The notes beneath the pieces were generated by a model. That model made no database searches, was not told where the DNA came from, and saw only the letters and a program-made list of their open reading frames with translations. From positions 15,469 to 79,468 of the forward strand of contig JAYOYH010000020.1 of NCBI GenBank assembly GCA_038153405.1: 64,000 nt of DNA, given 5' to 3'. Each line of letters starts with the position of its first letter. The first letter of the stretch is position 1. A program made the translations under genes and the position numbers. This document shows positions 49,458-58,726 of the stretch, piece after piece. Origin of the DNA: Gemmatimonadota bacterium. GTDB lineage: Bacteria; Latescibacterota; UBA2968; UBA8231.

Positions 49458-50918
49458 CTATTGCAGGCGGTAACCGCGCAGCCCTTCATAGGCCGTCTGC
49501 ACGCTAACCTTGAGTATACCCGTGAGGGGCACGGCGATCAACATTCCGACGATTCCCATCAATTGACTGCCCACCATAACGACAAAGAGCACCATCAGTG
49601 GATGCATTTCAACGCTCTTGGCCACCACCGTCGGCTGGATGAGCACGTTGTCGATCAGTTGGATGATCAAGAAGATGACGACGACCTTGCCAACCAGCGT
49701 CATGGCCAGTTCACCGCCCGTAGCCAAGGCGACAATAGAGGCAGCAATAATGCCGATAAGCGGACCAAGAAAGGGAATCATATTGGCAAATCCCGCCAGG
49801 AGCCCTACCGGCAGGGCGTATTTTAGGTCGATAACCGATAGGGCTGAAATGGCCAGAGTGGCCACCACGCTGGTTGCCAATATCTGACCGCGTATATAAC
49901 CTCCGATTTGACCATTGATTTGGTGTAGGAGATTCAAACAAAGTTCGAAATAAGCGTTGGGGACCCATTCGATCAGATTTCGCGTGATCTGGCTGCCCTC
50001 TTTTAAAAAGAAAAAGGCGACAAAGGGGACGATGACGACAAAGGTCAGACCGGAAACCACCCCACCGAGAAAGACCGTGGTGCTGCCCAGCAGCGTATCG
50101 ATCAGCGTATCGCCCTGCTCTTTGACGAGGGCTACCAGGTCGAGGTCGTTCCCCCAGTACTTTTGAATGGTCGGTTGCACCGCCTCGGCGCTCTTGGCCA
50201 AATCGGTAAAGACATTAGGGCCGGCTTCCCCCATGTCCACAAACGGTGGCTGCACTTCGATCCCGGCCTCGCGCAGTATAGCCGATCCCCCCTCTTGCAA
50301 GGGGATATCGCGTCCACCAGCTCTTCCCATATTGCCAACTACGGGTAGGGCTATAACCTGACCGCTGCGATCGCCGCCAACCTCAAGGTGCAACACGGCC
50401 CGCATTTGCACGAGGGAGTCGGGTTTGAATAGCAGATACACTTCGCGCGCTTCGCTGGGCGCGATCACGAAATGCCCTCCGGCTACACTATCGCGCAGGG
50501 CAAAGGGCCGGTTGCTATTAAGGATCCCGCTATAATCCCAACGCACGCTTTCTATCAGCAGAGGTTGGTCGCTGCCGTTTACAATGGAGAACGAACGCAT
50601 AGTGGACTCATCGCGCTGCATCCGCTCGCTCAGTTCGCTCATTTCCCCGCTCAGTTTATTGCCGGCCTTAAAAGCGATAAAGCCAAAGGCCGTAAAAACG
50701 AGTAGGAAGACGAGTAAAATACTCGAGGTGCGCCCCATGCCACTACCCTCCATCCGGTCGACAATGGGGCCCAATATATAGGCGAGGATAAAGGCCAGTA
50801 CAAATGGGGCTAACACGCCGCGGATTTCGTAGAGGAAGAGGACGGAACCAGCTAGGAACAGGAAAAAGGCCAACACTTTGACCGGCTGGGGAATGGCAGA
50901 GGATTTTGTATCCATCAC
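49458..50918 (-). CDS. AI-2E family transporter with an inserted soluble domain
   Basis: LAYILGPIV, YIRGQ, IPFLGP, QLIDN, MHPL, AVPL. Confidence 0.88.
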   Translation of the reverse strand: MMDTKSSAIPQPVKVLAFFLFLAGSVLFLYEIRGVLAPFVLAFILAYILGPIVDRMEGSGMGRTSSILLVFLLVFTAFGFIAFKAGNKLSGEMSELSERMQRDESTMRSFSIVNGSDQPLLIESVRWDYSGILNSNRPFALRDSVAGGHFVIAPSEAREVYLLFKPDSLVQMRAVLHLEVGGDRSGQVIALPVVGNMGRAGGRDIPLQEGGSAILREAGIEVQPPFVDMGEAGPNVFTDLAKSAEAVQPTIQKYWGNDLDLVALVKEQGDTLIDTLLGSTTVFLGGVVSGLTFVVIVPFVAFFFLKEGSQITRNLIEWVPNAYFELCLNLLHQINGQIGGYIRGQILATSVVATLAISALSVIDLKYALPVGLLAGFANMIPFLGPLIGIIAASIVALATGGELAMTLVGKVVVIFLIIQLIDNVLIQPTVVAKSVEMHPLMVLFVVMVGSQLMGIVGMLIAVPLTGILKVSVQTAYEGLRGYRLQ

Positions 50919-51469
50919 GCGCCTCCTCCCTCCCCTTTTTTAGCATCCTTTTCCAACTGGTGCTGGCGCTGGCGCGTCTCCTTTAACAGCGCGTTGGTTT
51001 GGCGCAGTCGCGTCGAGATCATCTGCGAGAGCCGCATCACGATCTTGAGTCCAAGACGCGGATTACTTTCGATGATTTCCATTAGATCAGGTCGAAAAAA
51101 ACCAATAGCCGAACACGGTTCAACTGCGATGGCCGAGGCCGTTCTAGGCGACTGGTCGAGCAGGGCCTGTTCGCCAAAGAAGTCGCCGCCCACTAGGGTC
51201 GCCAGCTGCTGCGCGCCGCCATCATCCCCCTGCTGGACGATCTTCACCTCACCGGAGACGATGAGGTACATTCCAACGCCGGGATCGCCCTCCTGCACAA
51301 TTACCTCATCAGTACCCCAACTGCGCCGGTGGAGAATGCTTTGGATTTTGTGAAATTCGCGGCGATTCAAGTCTTGGAAAATAGGAACGGACTTGAGCAG
51401 CTCGTAAAAGGCCTTGTCTTCTGCCCCCAAGCTCTTGAATACATTGCTCCAGAATGGATCTCCTGCCAT
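50915..51469 (-). CDS. Stand-alone cyclic nucleotide-binding domain protein
   Basis: EGDPG, GDFFGE, PRTASA; no HTH. Confidence 0.9.
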   Translation of the reverse strand: MAGDPFWSNVFKSLGAEDKAFYELLKSVPIFQDLNRREFHKIQSILHRRSWGTDEVIVQEGDPGVGMYLIVSGEVKIVQQGDDGGAQQLATLVGGDFFGEQALLDQSPRTASAIAVEPCSAIGFFRPDLMEIIESNPRLGLKIVMRLSQMISTRLRQTNALLKETRQRQHQLEKDAKKGEGGGA

Positions 51470-51557
51470 CGTTAACTCTTCTACTGGGTAGCACGCAAAA
51501 CGACCCCAAGCACCAAACCAGAGGCCGTTTTAACCATTGCGCAGAGAACCAGGTTGA

Positions 51558-51887
51558 CTAGTCCGTCAAGGCGGAATCGATTTTGGCAGCTATTTGTTCT
51601 TTGGGAACCGCGCCAATGATTTGATCGGCCACCTTGCCATCCTTAAAGAGCAAGAGCGTTGGGATGCTGCGTATGCCAAAGCTCCCGGCCGTCTTTTGCG
51701 CCGTGTCGACATCCAACTTACCCACTTTGACCCGGCCATCGTATTCCTCGCTCAATTGTTCGACGATGGGGGCAATCATTCGGCAGGGACCACACCAAGT
51801 GGCCCAAAAATCAACGAGGACGGGCAGAGACGATTCCAACACTTCGCCGGTAAAATTATCATCCGTTAGAACAATGGGGCCTGCCAT
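51558..51887 (-). CDS. trxA: Thioredoxin
   Basis: WCGPC active site. Confidence 0.97.
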   Translation of the reverse strand: MAGPIVLTDDNFTGEVLESSLPVLVDFWATWCGPCRMIAPIVEQLSEEYDGRVKVGKLDVDTAQKTAGSFGIRSIPTLLLFKDGKVADQIIGAVPKEQIAAKIDSALTD

Positions 51888-51956
51888 GGTCTTTTTTCCT
51901 CTCTCTTCCGATTCATAAAAATAATATTAACAGTAGGTTAAACTGATTACTTCTCT

Positions 51957-51986
51957 AATATAGAATGGCCGAATGTGCCGTGTCAA
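51957..51986 (-). promoter_or_regulatory. Sigma-70 promoter for trxA
   Basis: TTGACA-18 bp-TATATT. Confidence 0.5.
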
Positions 51987-53032
51987 GCCCCGCTGCCCTT
52001 TCTTTGGGCACACAGCTTTACCATCAATTGATCCATAACGTTGCGCTCCTGCCTGCGACCGAGCGAGCGCAGCTGCCAATCGGCAGCGCGCAGCATACCC
52101 ATATTTCTCCACAGTCTTGCCGCACTATACGCGTTGGCCTGCTCAACATAGGAATTCATAAAAAAGGGCGAGACACCGAGTGCGCGGGCCATCGCATCGC
52201 TGGCCGCGCCCCTTTCCTGATGCACTTTTATGCGCAGCAGAAGGCCGTAATGGCGCGCGATCATCGCCAGTGCCCGACTCGCCTCTTCTCCCTGATCCAA
52301 ATAGCGGTTCAGCAACCGCAGGGCAACGCGCCCGTTTAGGGAACCTACGGCATCTGCCAACTCAAATACATTCACCGAGCGCGAAGCTGCTACGACTTCT
52401 TCGGCGGCCTGACGCGTAATGGGGATACCCTTGCCCCCCACATACGTTGCCAGTTTTTCCATTTCGCCGACGAGTTCGCGCGGATTGTTGCCGATGTACA
52501 TGCGCAGCACGTCCACTGCGCCCGCTTCGACCTTAAGTCCCATTGAGCGCGCCTGTTGCTGAATCCACTTCGGCACCTCCCGATCGTAGGGCGGTTTAAA
52601 CTCTACCGCTGCGCCCATTTTACCCATGTGCTGAAAGAGCTTTCTGCGCAGGTCAACCTTGCTGCCTACCAGAACAAGGCAGGAGCTGTCCATGGGTCTA
52701 TCAACTACCCGTTCGAGTGCTCGGCATTGGTCGGGATTTAAGCCTTCGCCGTCGCGCAGCACCAGCAGGCGCCTCTCAGCCATCATGGGGTAAGAATCGT
52801 ATATGTGTAAGAAATCCAGTGGATCAAAGCGATCGCCATAGAAGACATCTACGTTAAAATCGCGCGCCTGCTGCGGGGCGAGTTGCTCAATCAACCAATG
52901 GGCAAAAAACTCGCGCCCGTATTCCTCCATGCCGTAGAGCAGATAAAAAGGGGCCACTTGCCCCCCCTCAATCTGAGTGCGCACGTGCTCTGCACTGAGT
53001 GCTGCACCTTTGCCCTTCGCGCGCCTATTCAC
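51983..53032 (-). CDS. holA: DNA polymerase III delta subunit
   Basis: YLLYGMEEY, PMMAERRLL, EMEKL, VFELADA. Confidence 0.92.
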   Translation of the reverse strand: MNRRAKGKGAALSAEHVRTQIEGGQVAPFYLLYGMEEYGREFFAHWLIEQLAPQQARDFNVDVFYGDRFDPLDFLHIYDSYPMMAERRLLVLRDGEGLNPDQCRALERVVDRPMDSSCLVLVGSKVDLRRKLFQHMGKMGAAVEFKPPYDREVPKWIQQQARSMGLKVEAGAVDVLRMYIGNNPRELVGEMEKLATYVGGKGIPITRQAAEEVVAASRSVNVFELADAVGSLNGRVALRLLNRYLDQGEEASRALAMIARHYGLLLRIKVHQERGAASDAMARALGVSPFFMNSYVEQANAYSAARLWRNMGMLRAADWQLRSLGRRQERNVMDQLMVKLCAQRKGSGA

Positions 53033-53205
53033 GTTTCGCCGCGCCCCTCACCATCGACTTCGCGAAACTCCGCATCTTCAATTTTGCTCGTATCAAAGCG
53101 GTGACGTCGCTCCTTGGGCGGCCGCTGCGCATGAACGCGCCTCAGACGATTCCAACTTCGATAAAGGAAATACAGCAATGCCAAAAAAAGGAGTAGTTTT
53201 ACCAT
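53029..53205 (-). CDS. Small single-pass membrane protein (58 aa)
   Basis: GAGGAGG RBS; MVKLLLFLALLYFLY...KIEDAEFREV; GTGA overlap with holA. Confidence 0.75.
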   Translation of the reverse strand: MVKLLLFLALLYFLYRSWNRLRRVHAQRPPKERRHRFDTSKIEDAEFREVDGEGRGET

Positions 53206-53221
53206 GTCCGCCTCCTCACCA

Positions 53222-53250
53222 AACATAGACCCCGTCCCAGACGGCGTCAA
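53222..53250 (-). promoter_or_regulatory. Sigma-70 promoter for the small ORF-holA unit
   Basis: TTGACG-17 bp-TATGTT. Confidence 0.6.
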
Positions 53251-53332
53251 TCGATTGCAGGGCGTATTTCATCGCCCTTTTTCACAGAGAAATTCGCGTA
53301 TAGGGTTTCTACGCCCTGCCCGCAATTTGCTC

Positions 53333-55552
53333 TTATTGCCTTTTTTTCTTCCTGCTCGCTTGGCCCTTATGCGAGCGTTTGGCGGTCCGCTTTTTTTTGC
53401 TCCCTCTGCCGGGCATAATGCGGCGGCTGCCCGCAGGCAAACTCGTTTCATCTAAGCTCAAATCCATTTCTAATGCGATGAGATCAACCGCGCATACGAC
53501 AACGCGCACCGGCATGCCCAAGCGGATGGTCCGGCGCGATCGACGCAGCACTAAGCTGTGCCGCTCCTCGTCGAAATCTACCGGCTCGTCAAAATCGCTC
53601 GCACGGCAAAAGCCATCGACGAGATACATGCCGATCTCGACAAAAAAACCACTCCGCAAGACCCCGGAGACCACGCCATCAAAAGACTCGCCCAAGTGGC
53701 GCTCCATAAAGCGCATCTGTTTGATCCTCACATAGGCGCGCTCTGCCGACTCAGCCCGTCGCTCTAGGGTAGAGCAAGTTCGCCCGATATCGGCTACCTT
53801 GTCGCGCATAAGGCGGTCTCGTTCCCCATTCCAACGACCCGTCAAAAATGCTTTTAAAACGCGATGTACCAACAGGTCTGGGTAGCGGCGAATGGGCGAG
53901 GTGAAATGGAGGTAGTTGGAACAAGCCAACCCAAAGTGACCGCCATCGACCGCAGTATACTCGGCGCGCGACAGAGATCGCAGCAGCAATTTACTAATGA
54001 GATTGGCGTTGGGCAGATGGCTTGCTTGTTCGAGCATGTTTTGAAAGTCGCGCGGCGTCAGGGCCTGTGCGCGCGACGGCGCATCGGATCGACGCTGTCC
54101 CAATAGGGCGAAGACCGGCTCCAACTTGGCTCCAGTGGGAGGCATATGCACGCGATAGAGGACGGGCAGGTTATTGCGACTGCAAAAATGGCCCACACAC
54201 TCATTGGCCAATAGCATGCACTCTTCGATAATTCGATGGCTCTCAAAGCGCTGATATAAGCCAATTTGCACGGGCTCACCCTCTGGATTCAACTCGACCT
54301 GAGCCTCCGGCATATTCAGTTCGAGGCTTCCCCTGCCGTTGCGAATGCGCTGGCGCAGCACGCTCAGTTCGGCCAAGCAGGCCAATTGATCTCGCCAGCG
54401 AAATGCCTCCTCGTCTTTGGCACCCTCGTCTTCGAGAACGGCTTGCACCTGCCGATAGGTTAGGCGTGCAGCGCTGCGAACAATCGACTCATACAGCTGG
54501 CTGTCGATATACTGACCGTTGCTGTCGAGAATAATATCTGCCGTTAGCGTTAGACGATCTCGTTCGGGGACGAGACTGCACTGTTGGGCGGCTAAGCCCT
54601 CGGGTAACATGTGGACGACACGGTCAATTAGGTACGTGCTCGTACCGCGATCATAAGCCTCCCGATCGAGCGCCGATCCCTCGGCGACAAAATGGCTCAC
54701 GTCGGCAATGTGAACAAGCAGGCGATATCCCCCTTCAGCCCTTGGTTCAATCGCTACGGCATCGTCGTGGTCGCGGGCCATTTCGGGATCGATGGTAATG
54801 CAGGGCATGGCGCGCAGGTCTCGTCGCCGTTCGATTTCTCTTTCTATGCCGGCATCGGCCGCACTATCGGCCAAGGCGGCTTCAGAAAAGGTCTGCGGAA
54901 TAGCAAAACGTCGAATGACCGTATCAAAGTCGAGTGCAGCCGAGCGCGGATCTCCGAGCACATCGACGATAGTGCCCTTCACTCCGCGATAACCGGCTGC
55001 GCGCTTAACGATCCGTACGACGACCCGATTTCCTTCCGGAATAGACTCGGCCTCAGCGTCGTCAATGATCACGTCGCGCGACAGCTGTAGATCCTCAACA
55101 TCGACGACCCATTGCTGGGAGCGACGCCGCAATAAACCGACAAACTCCTTCTGGCTCTCGGCGATCACTTCGACTATGGCGCCCTGTGCAAGCCCCTCGC
55201 GCGACCATCTGCCATTGCGTTCTATGCGCACCGTATCCCCATCGAAAGCGCCGTTCATTTCTTCTCGGCCAATAAAGACGTCGCTGGTAGCACCGTGTAG
55301 GCTAACAAAGCCAAAACCGCTGCGGTGAACGCGCAACAGGCCCACTTCATTGCCCACGCGATCGGGCGATGCGTAGCGATTGCCCATAGTCTTTACCAAC
55401 ACTCCCCCATCGACCATCTCGCGTACGAGGGCGCGAAAAGAACGGTAGTCGTCCTGTGGTATTTCAAAGAGACGCGCGATCTCTTTCATTTTTGCAGGTC
55501 GGTATTGATCCTGATTTAAACGGCGAAGAATTTGGTCCGTAGTGGGCAGCAT
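53333..55552 (-). CDS. rnr: Ribonuclease R
   Basis: TIDPEMARDHDDA, HIADVS, HFTSPIRRYPDL, S1 domain, basic tail. Confidence 0.95.
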   Translation of the reverse strand: MLPTTDQILRRLNQDQYRPAKMKEIARLFEIPQDDYRSFRALVREMVDGGVLVKTMGNRYASPDRVGNEVGLLRVHRSGFGFVSLHGATSDVFIGREEMNGAFDGDTVRIERNGRWSREGLAQGAIVEVIAESQKEFVGLLRRRSQQWVVDVEDLQLSRDVIIDDAEAESIPEGNRVVVRIVKRAAGYRGVKGTIVDVLGDPRSAALDFDTVIRRFAIPQTFSEAALADSAADAGIEREIERRRDLRAMPCITIDPEMARDHDDAVAIEPRAEGGYRLLVHIADVSHFVAEGSALDREAYDRGTSTYLIDRVVHMLPEGLAAQQCSLVPERDRLTLTADIILDSNGQYIDSQLYESIVRSAARLTYRQVQAVLEDEGAKDEEAFRWRDQLACLAELSVLRQRIRNGRGSLELNMPEAQVELNPEGEPVQIGLYQRFESHRIIEECMLLANECVGHFCSRNNLPVLYRVHMPPTGAKLEPVFALLGQRRSDAPSRAQALTPRDFQNMLEQASHLPNANLISKLLLRSLSRAEYTAVDGGHFGLACSNYLHFTSPIRRYPDLLVHRVLKAFLTGRWNGERDRLMRDKVADIGRTCSTLERRAESAERAYVRIKQMRFMERHLGESFDGVVSGVLRSGFFVEIGMYLVDGFCRASDFDEPVDFDEERHSLVLRRSRRTIRLGMPVRVVVCAVDLIALEMDLSLDETSLPAGSRRIMPGRGSKKKRTAKRSHKGQASRKKKRQ

Positions 55553-55566
55553 TTTTTTACCAATAG

Positions 55567-55599
55567 AAAACAGCCCCTCCACCAGGGAGAGGCTGTTTT
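55567..55599 (-). terminator. Intrinsic terminator (bidirectional-looking) between the lipoprotein gene and rnr
   Basis: AAAACAGCCTCTCC/GGAGGGGCTGTTTT hairpin. Confidence 0.7.
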
Positions 55600-55632
55600 A
55601 GCAAGGAAGGAATGATAATGTATGAAACGCGA

Positions 55633-56112
55633 TCAATCTAAATCTTCGAAATTCCATTTGAGCGGAAAGGCTTCGGCTTTCTCTTCCTCAACCCAGAGCT
55701 TTTCCACATTGTTGTGGATGACGACGAGCTCTTCCATGATCATCTTAATTGCGCTCTGCGCATTAGGGACAAAGGTAGCAACGCTGGGTTCAACGAGTTT
55801 GCGTCGAGCACCCGCGCTGTCGCTGTCGCCAATCGTGCGTTTGAGCTCGTTGTTCAACGCCCTGATTTTCTTGTTATCAATCTCTGGGTAGGCGGCTAGT
55901 TCGTCGTGAAATTCTTTTAAGAGCATCTGAATATCACCCGCTTTTTGATCCATTCCAGGCGTGCTCAAATAGCCCTTGTACTCGACGAGCTTTTTAACGT
56001 ATTTCTGATCGACTTCCAGCAGTTTTTGCACATAGGGCCCGAGTTCGTCTTGCTTAGCCTCTCCACAAGCGAACACACCTACTGCCAATAATGCGAGCGC
56101 AAATACTTTCAT
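55633..56112 (-). CDS. Hypothetical lipoprotein
   Basis: GGAGGG RBS, MKVFALALLAVGVFAC lipobox, helical body. Confidence 0.8.
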   Translation of the reverse strand: MKVFALALLAVGVFACGEAKQDELGPYVQKLLEVDQKYVKKLVEYKGYLSTPGMDQKAGDIQMLLKEFHDELAAYPEIDNKKIRALNNELKRTIGDSDSAGARRKLVEPSVATFVPNAQSAIKMIMEELVVIHNNVEKLWVEEEKAEAFPLKWNFEDLD

Positions 56113-56225
56113 GGTTACCCTCCATTTGACATAATCGCATCGGCCTTGGACTGGCTCAACCTACGAACAGGCCCGATGCAAGTCAAGCAGAAATCACGGT
56201 CTATACGGCCCGTTTTTTCGGCCGA

Positions 56226-57071
56226 TTAGCGACTCTTGCCGCGGCCGTAGTCGCGGACAGCTGCATTTAACTCCCCTCCCAGGAGAAGGGTGAATGCAAT
56301 TAAATAGGCCGAGAGCAAAATGACGATAACAACGCCGAGAGCCCCAGAAACGAGATTGTAGTAGCTAAAGCTGTGAACGTAGTAGCGAAATCCAGTGACA
56401 ATGGATGTCCACAGCAGTAAAAACAGCAGGCTTCCCGGCATAACGCCGTACCAGGACTGGCGCTGGGACGGCACGTATCGATAGATACTGGACGCGGCAA
56501 CCACGGCCCCAACGATGCCCGACAGTCTTCCCAACGCGGCTGTAAGTGAAGGGAAAGACTGTAGAAGCGGCCACTGGGCCCGCAACCAGGCCTCAATTTG
56601 TTCGCTGAAAACAATCAAGTTCGACAGGATGAGCAGGGAAACGCCAAAGGCGAGTACAAGGGCGATAGAGAGGATTCTGCGCTGCCAAAAAGAGCGCACC
56701 TCTTCCAAGCCGAGTGCTCGGTTAAGCGCCGTCATCGTCGTCGACATGCTGGCCGAGGCGGGCCACAACACGCCGATTATACCAATCGCCAACAGACTCT
56801 GGGACGAATCGACTAGGTGATTGATATTGTCCTCGACGACGTTGATCAACTCGGCCGGAAGGACGATACCCAAATCGTCCAGAAGACGAGCAAAATCGTC
56901 GGGAGAAATGCCCAAAGCACCGATAAATGCAGATAGGACGAGCAGGGCGGGAAATACGGCGAAGACAAAGTCAAATGCCATCGCAGCAGCAGCATCGGTG
57001 CAATCGTGCTCACGAGCCGTTCTCAGCGTCGTGCGGACAAGGCGCCATCCGCGATCTATATGCTGACGCAC
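56226..57071 (-). CDS. YihY/BrkB family membrane protein
   Basis: AAAMAF...FP, ALN, YRYVP, PG, LLGGELNA. Confidence 0.9.
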   Translation of the reverse strand: MRQHIDRGWRLVRTTLRTAREHDCTDAAAAMAFDFVFAVFPALLVLSAFIGALGISPDDFARLLDDLGIVLPAELINVVEDNINHLVDSSQSLLAIGIIGVLWPASASMSTTMTALNRALGLEEVRSFWQRRILSIALVLAFGVSLLILSNLIVFSEQIEAWLRAQWPLLQSFPSLTAALGRLSGIVGAVVAASSIYRYVPSQRQSWYGVMPGSLLFLLLWTSIVTGFRYYVHSFSYYNLVSGALGVVIVILLSAYLIAFTLLLGGELNAAVRDYGRGKSR

Positions 57072-57104
57072 GTTGCCCTCACCCCTACCTTCGCATGGCC
57101 GCTC

Positions 57105-57875
57105 TTACGGCTTGAGGTAGTGGTCAATGGCTGGCAGCAAAAGACCGTTAGTTGAAAAGGCGTCTTTACCGCGTATCGTCGCCTCGCCCTGCCAATCGGT
57201 AAATGTGCCTCCCGCCTCTTCCAAGATGGGCAATAATGGACCACAATCCCAGGGATTCATAATGGGATCAAAGCTCGCTTCAGCCCGGCCCGTAGCGACG
57301 AGGATATGTCCATAGCAATCCCCCCACCCACGCACCAACCGCGCCTGTGCAACGAGATTTTCCCACTGCTCTGTCCGGCCGTTTTCGGCAAAGCTTTTCC
57401 ATGAAGTAAAGCAGATGCAGGCTTCCCCGAGGGTCCCTATGGAAGAAACGCGCGCCCGGCGGCCGTTCCACCAGCAGCCCTCGCCCCGCCCCGCCCACAC
57501 CATCTCTTCTAGTGCGGGCAGATATACGCATCCCACGTCGACTCCGTCGGGCCCCTCGCGGGCCAGCAGTACGCCATACAGCGGCACGCCCTGCACAAAG
57601 GACTTGGTCCCGTCAATGGGATCAATTAGCCAGCAAAAACCCGACGTGCCTTCTTCGCGTCCGTACTCCTCTCCCTCGATGCCGTCTTTGGGAAAACGTG
57701 CGCGTATCAGGTCACGCAGCGCGCGCTCGGCCTCACGGTCGGCAACCGTAACCGGGGATTGATCGGCCTTCGCATCAACTTTGACGCCGCTACCGAAATA
57801 GCGCAGCGTAATCCTTCCAGCGCGCCAGGCAGCGTCGACGGCAAATTCCATACACGAGCGCACACTGTCAGCCAT
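57105..57875 (-). CDS. hisN: Inositol monophosphatase family protein (histidinol-phosphatase HisN-like)
   Basis: SPVTVADR, GEE, WLIDPIDGTKSF, GDCYG, WD. Confidence 0.75.
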   Translation of the reverse strand: MADSVRSCMEFAVDAAWRAGRITLRYFGSGVKVDAKADQSPVTVADREAERALRDLIRARFPKDGIEGEEYGREEGTSGFCWLIDPIDGTKSFVQGVPLYGVLLAREGPDGVDVGCVYLPALEEMVWAGRGEGCWWNGRRARVSSIGTLGEACICFTSWKSFAENGRTEQWENLVAQARLVRGWGDCYGHILVATGRAEASFDPIMNPWDCGPLLPILEEAGGTFTDWQGEATIRGKDAFSTNGLLLPAIDHYLKP

Positions 57876-58716
57876 TGGCCCCCAAAATTTTCTCGCGCAG
57901 CTGTTCTACGAGTCGCAGAGCTGCTGCGATATCGCCGGCTTGATCGGGCGCATACTCGCGTTCTATCGTCAACGGGCCCTGGTAACCCAGCGCCTCGAGT
58001 TTGCCCAAAAACGCCTCAATGTCCACATCACCCGCACCAAGGGGCGCATCATCGGCCCAGTGCTGGCCGGGTTTTCTCTCGTAGCTTGCATCCTTGCAAT
58101 GAACGCTGCGCACGTAGCGGCCCACCTTGTCCAACGCTTCGAGCGGATTCCCCGCTCCATAGAGAATCATGTTGGCAGGATCGAAGTTAACGGCGAGGTT
58201 GGAACGATCGACAATCTCGATAAAGTGCAGCAGTTCATCAGCGGTTTCCTGCCCCGTTTCCAAGTGAAAGTACTGCCCATTTTGGGCGCAGTGGTCGCAT
58301 ACCGCCCGAGTAATTTCGACGAGTTCAGCAAAGGCCGCACTGCTCCCATCGGGATCGACAAAACCGAGGTGCATGCCGATTGCATCCACGCCCAAATCGC
58401 GGGCAAAGTCGGCAATTAGCAGCGTTTCGCGCAGGCGCTCGGCGCGCAGGTCGGGCGGAACGAGCCCAACGGAAGCCTTCACGGTCTCCACCGTCGCATA
58501 GTTGTCCTCGGGAAAACCGACGAATACTACGGTGATTTCGACGCCGGCAGCCGCAAACTCATCGCGAATACTGCGCGCGCGCTCCGGCACCCGATTAGCG
58601 GCCGCAGGTGCGTGTAAATGCACGGTCCCAACCCCTAGGTCGCGAACGACATCTAACCCCGCGCCCAGCCCTTCCTCGTCAATGGAGGTAAAAATACCCG
58701 TAGCCCACTTGCTCAC
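57868..58716 (-). CDS. Sugar phosphate isomerase/epimerase (AP endonuclease 2 TIM barrel)
   Basis: LETGQE, NFDPAN, HCKD, TIERE. Confidence 0.88.
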   Translation of the reverse strand: MSKWATGIFTSIDEEGLGAGLDVVRDLGVGTVHLHAPAAANRVPERARSIRDEFAAAGVEITVVFVGFPEDNYATVETVKASVGLVPPDLRAERLRETLLIADFARDLGVDAIGMHLGFVDPDGSSAAFAELVEITRAVCDHCAQNGQYFHLETGQETADELLHFIEIVDRSNLAVNFDPANMILYGAGNPLEALDKVGRYVRSVHCKDASYERKPGQHWADDAPLGAGDVDIEAFLGKLEALGYQGPLTIEREYAPDQAGDIAAALRLVEQLREKILGANG

Positions 58717-58726
58717 GTCTCACTCC

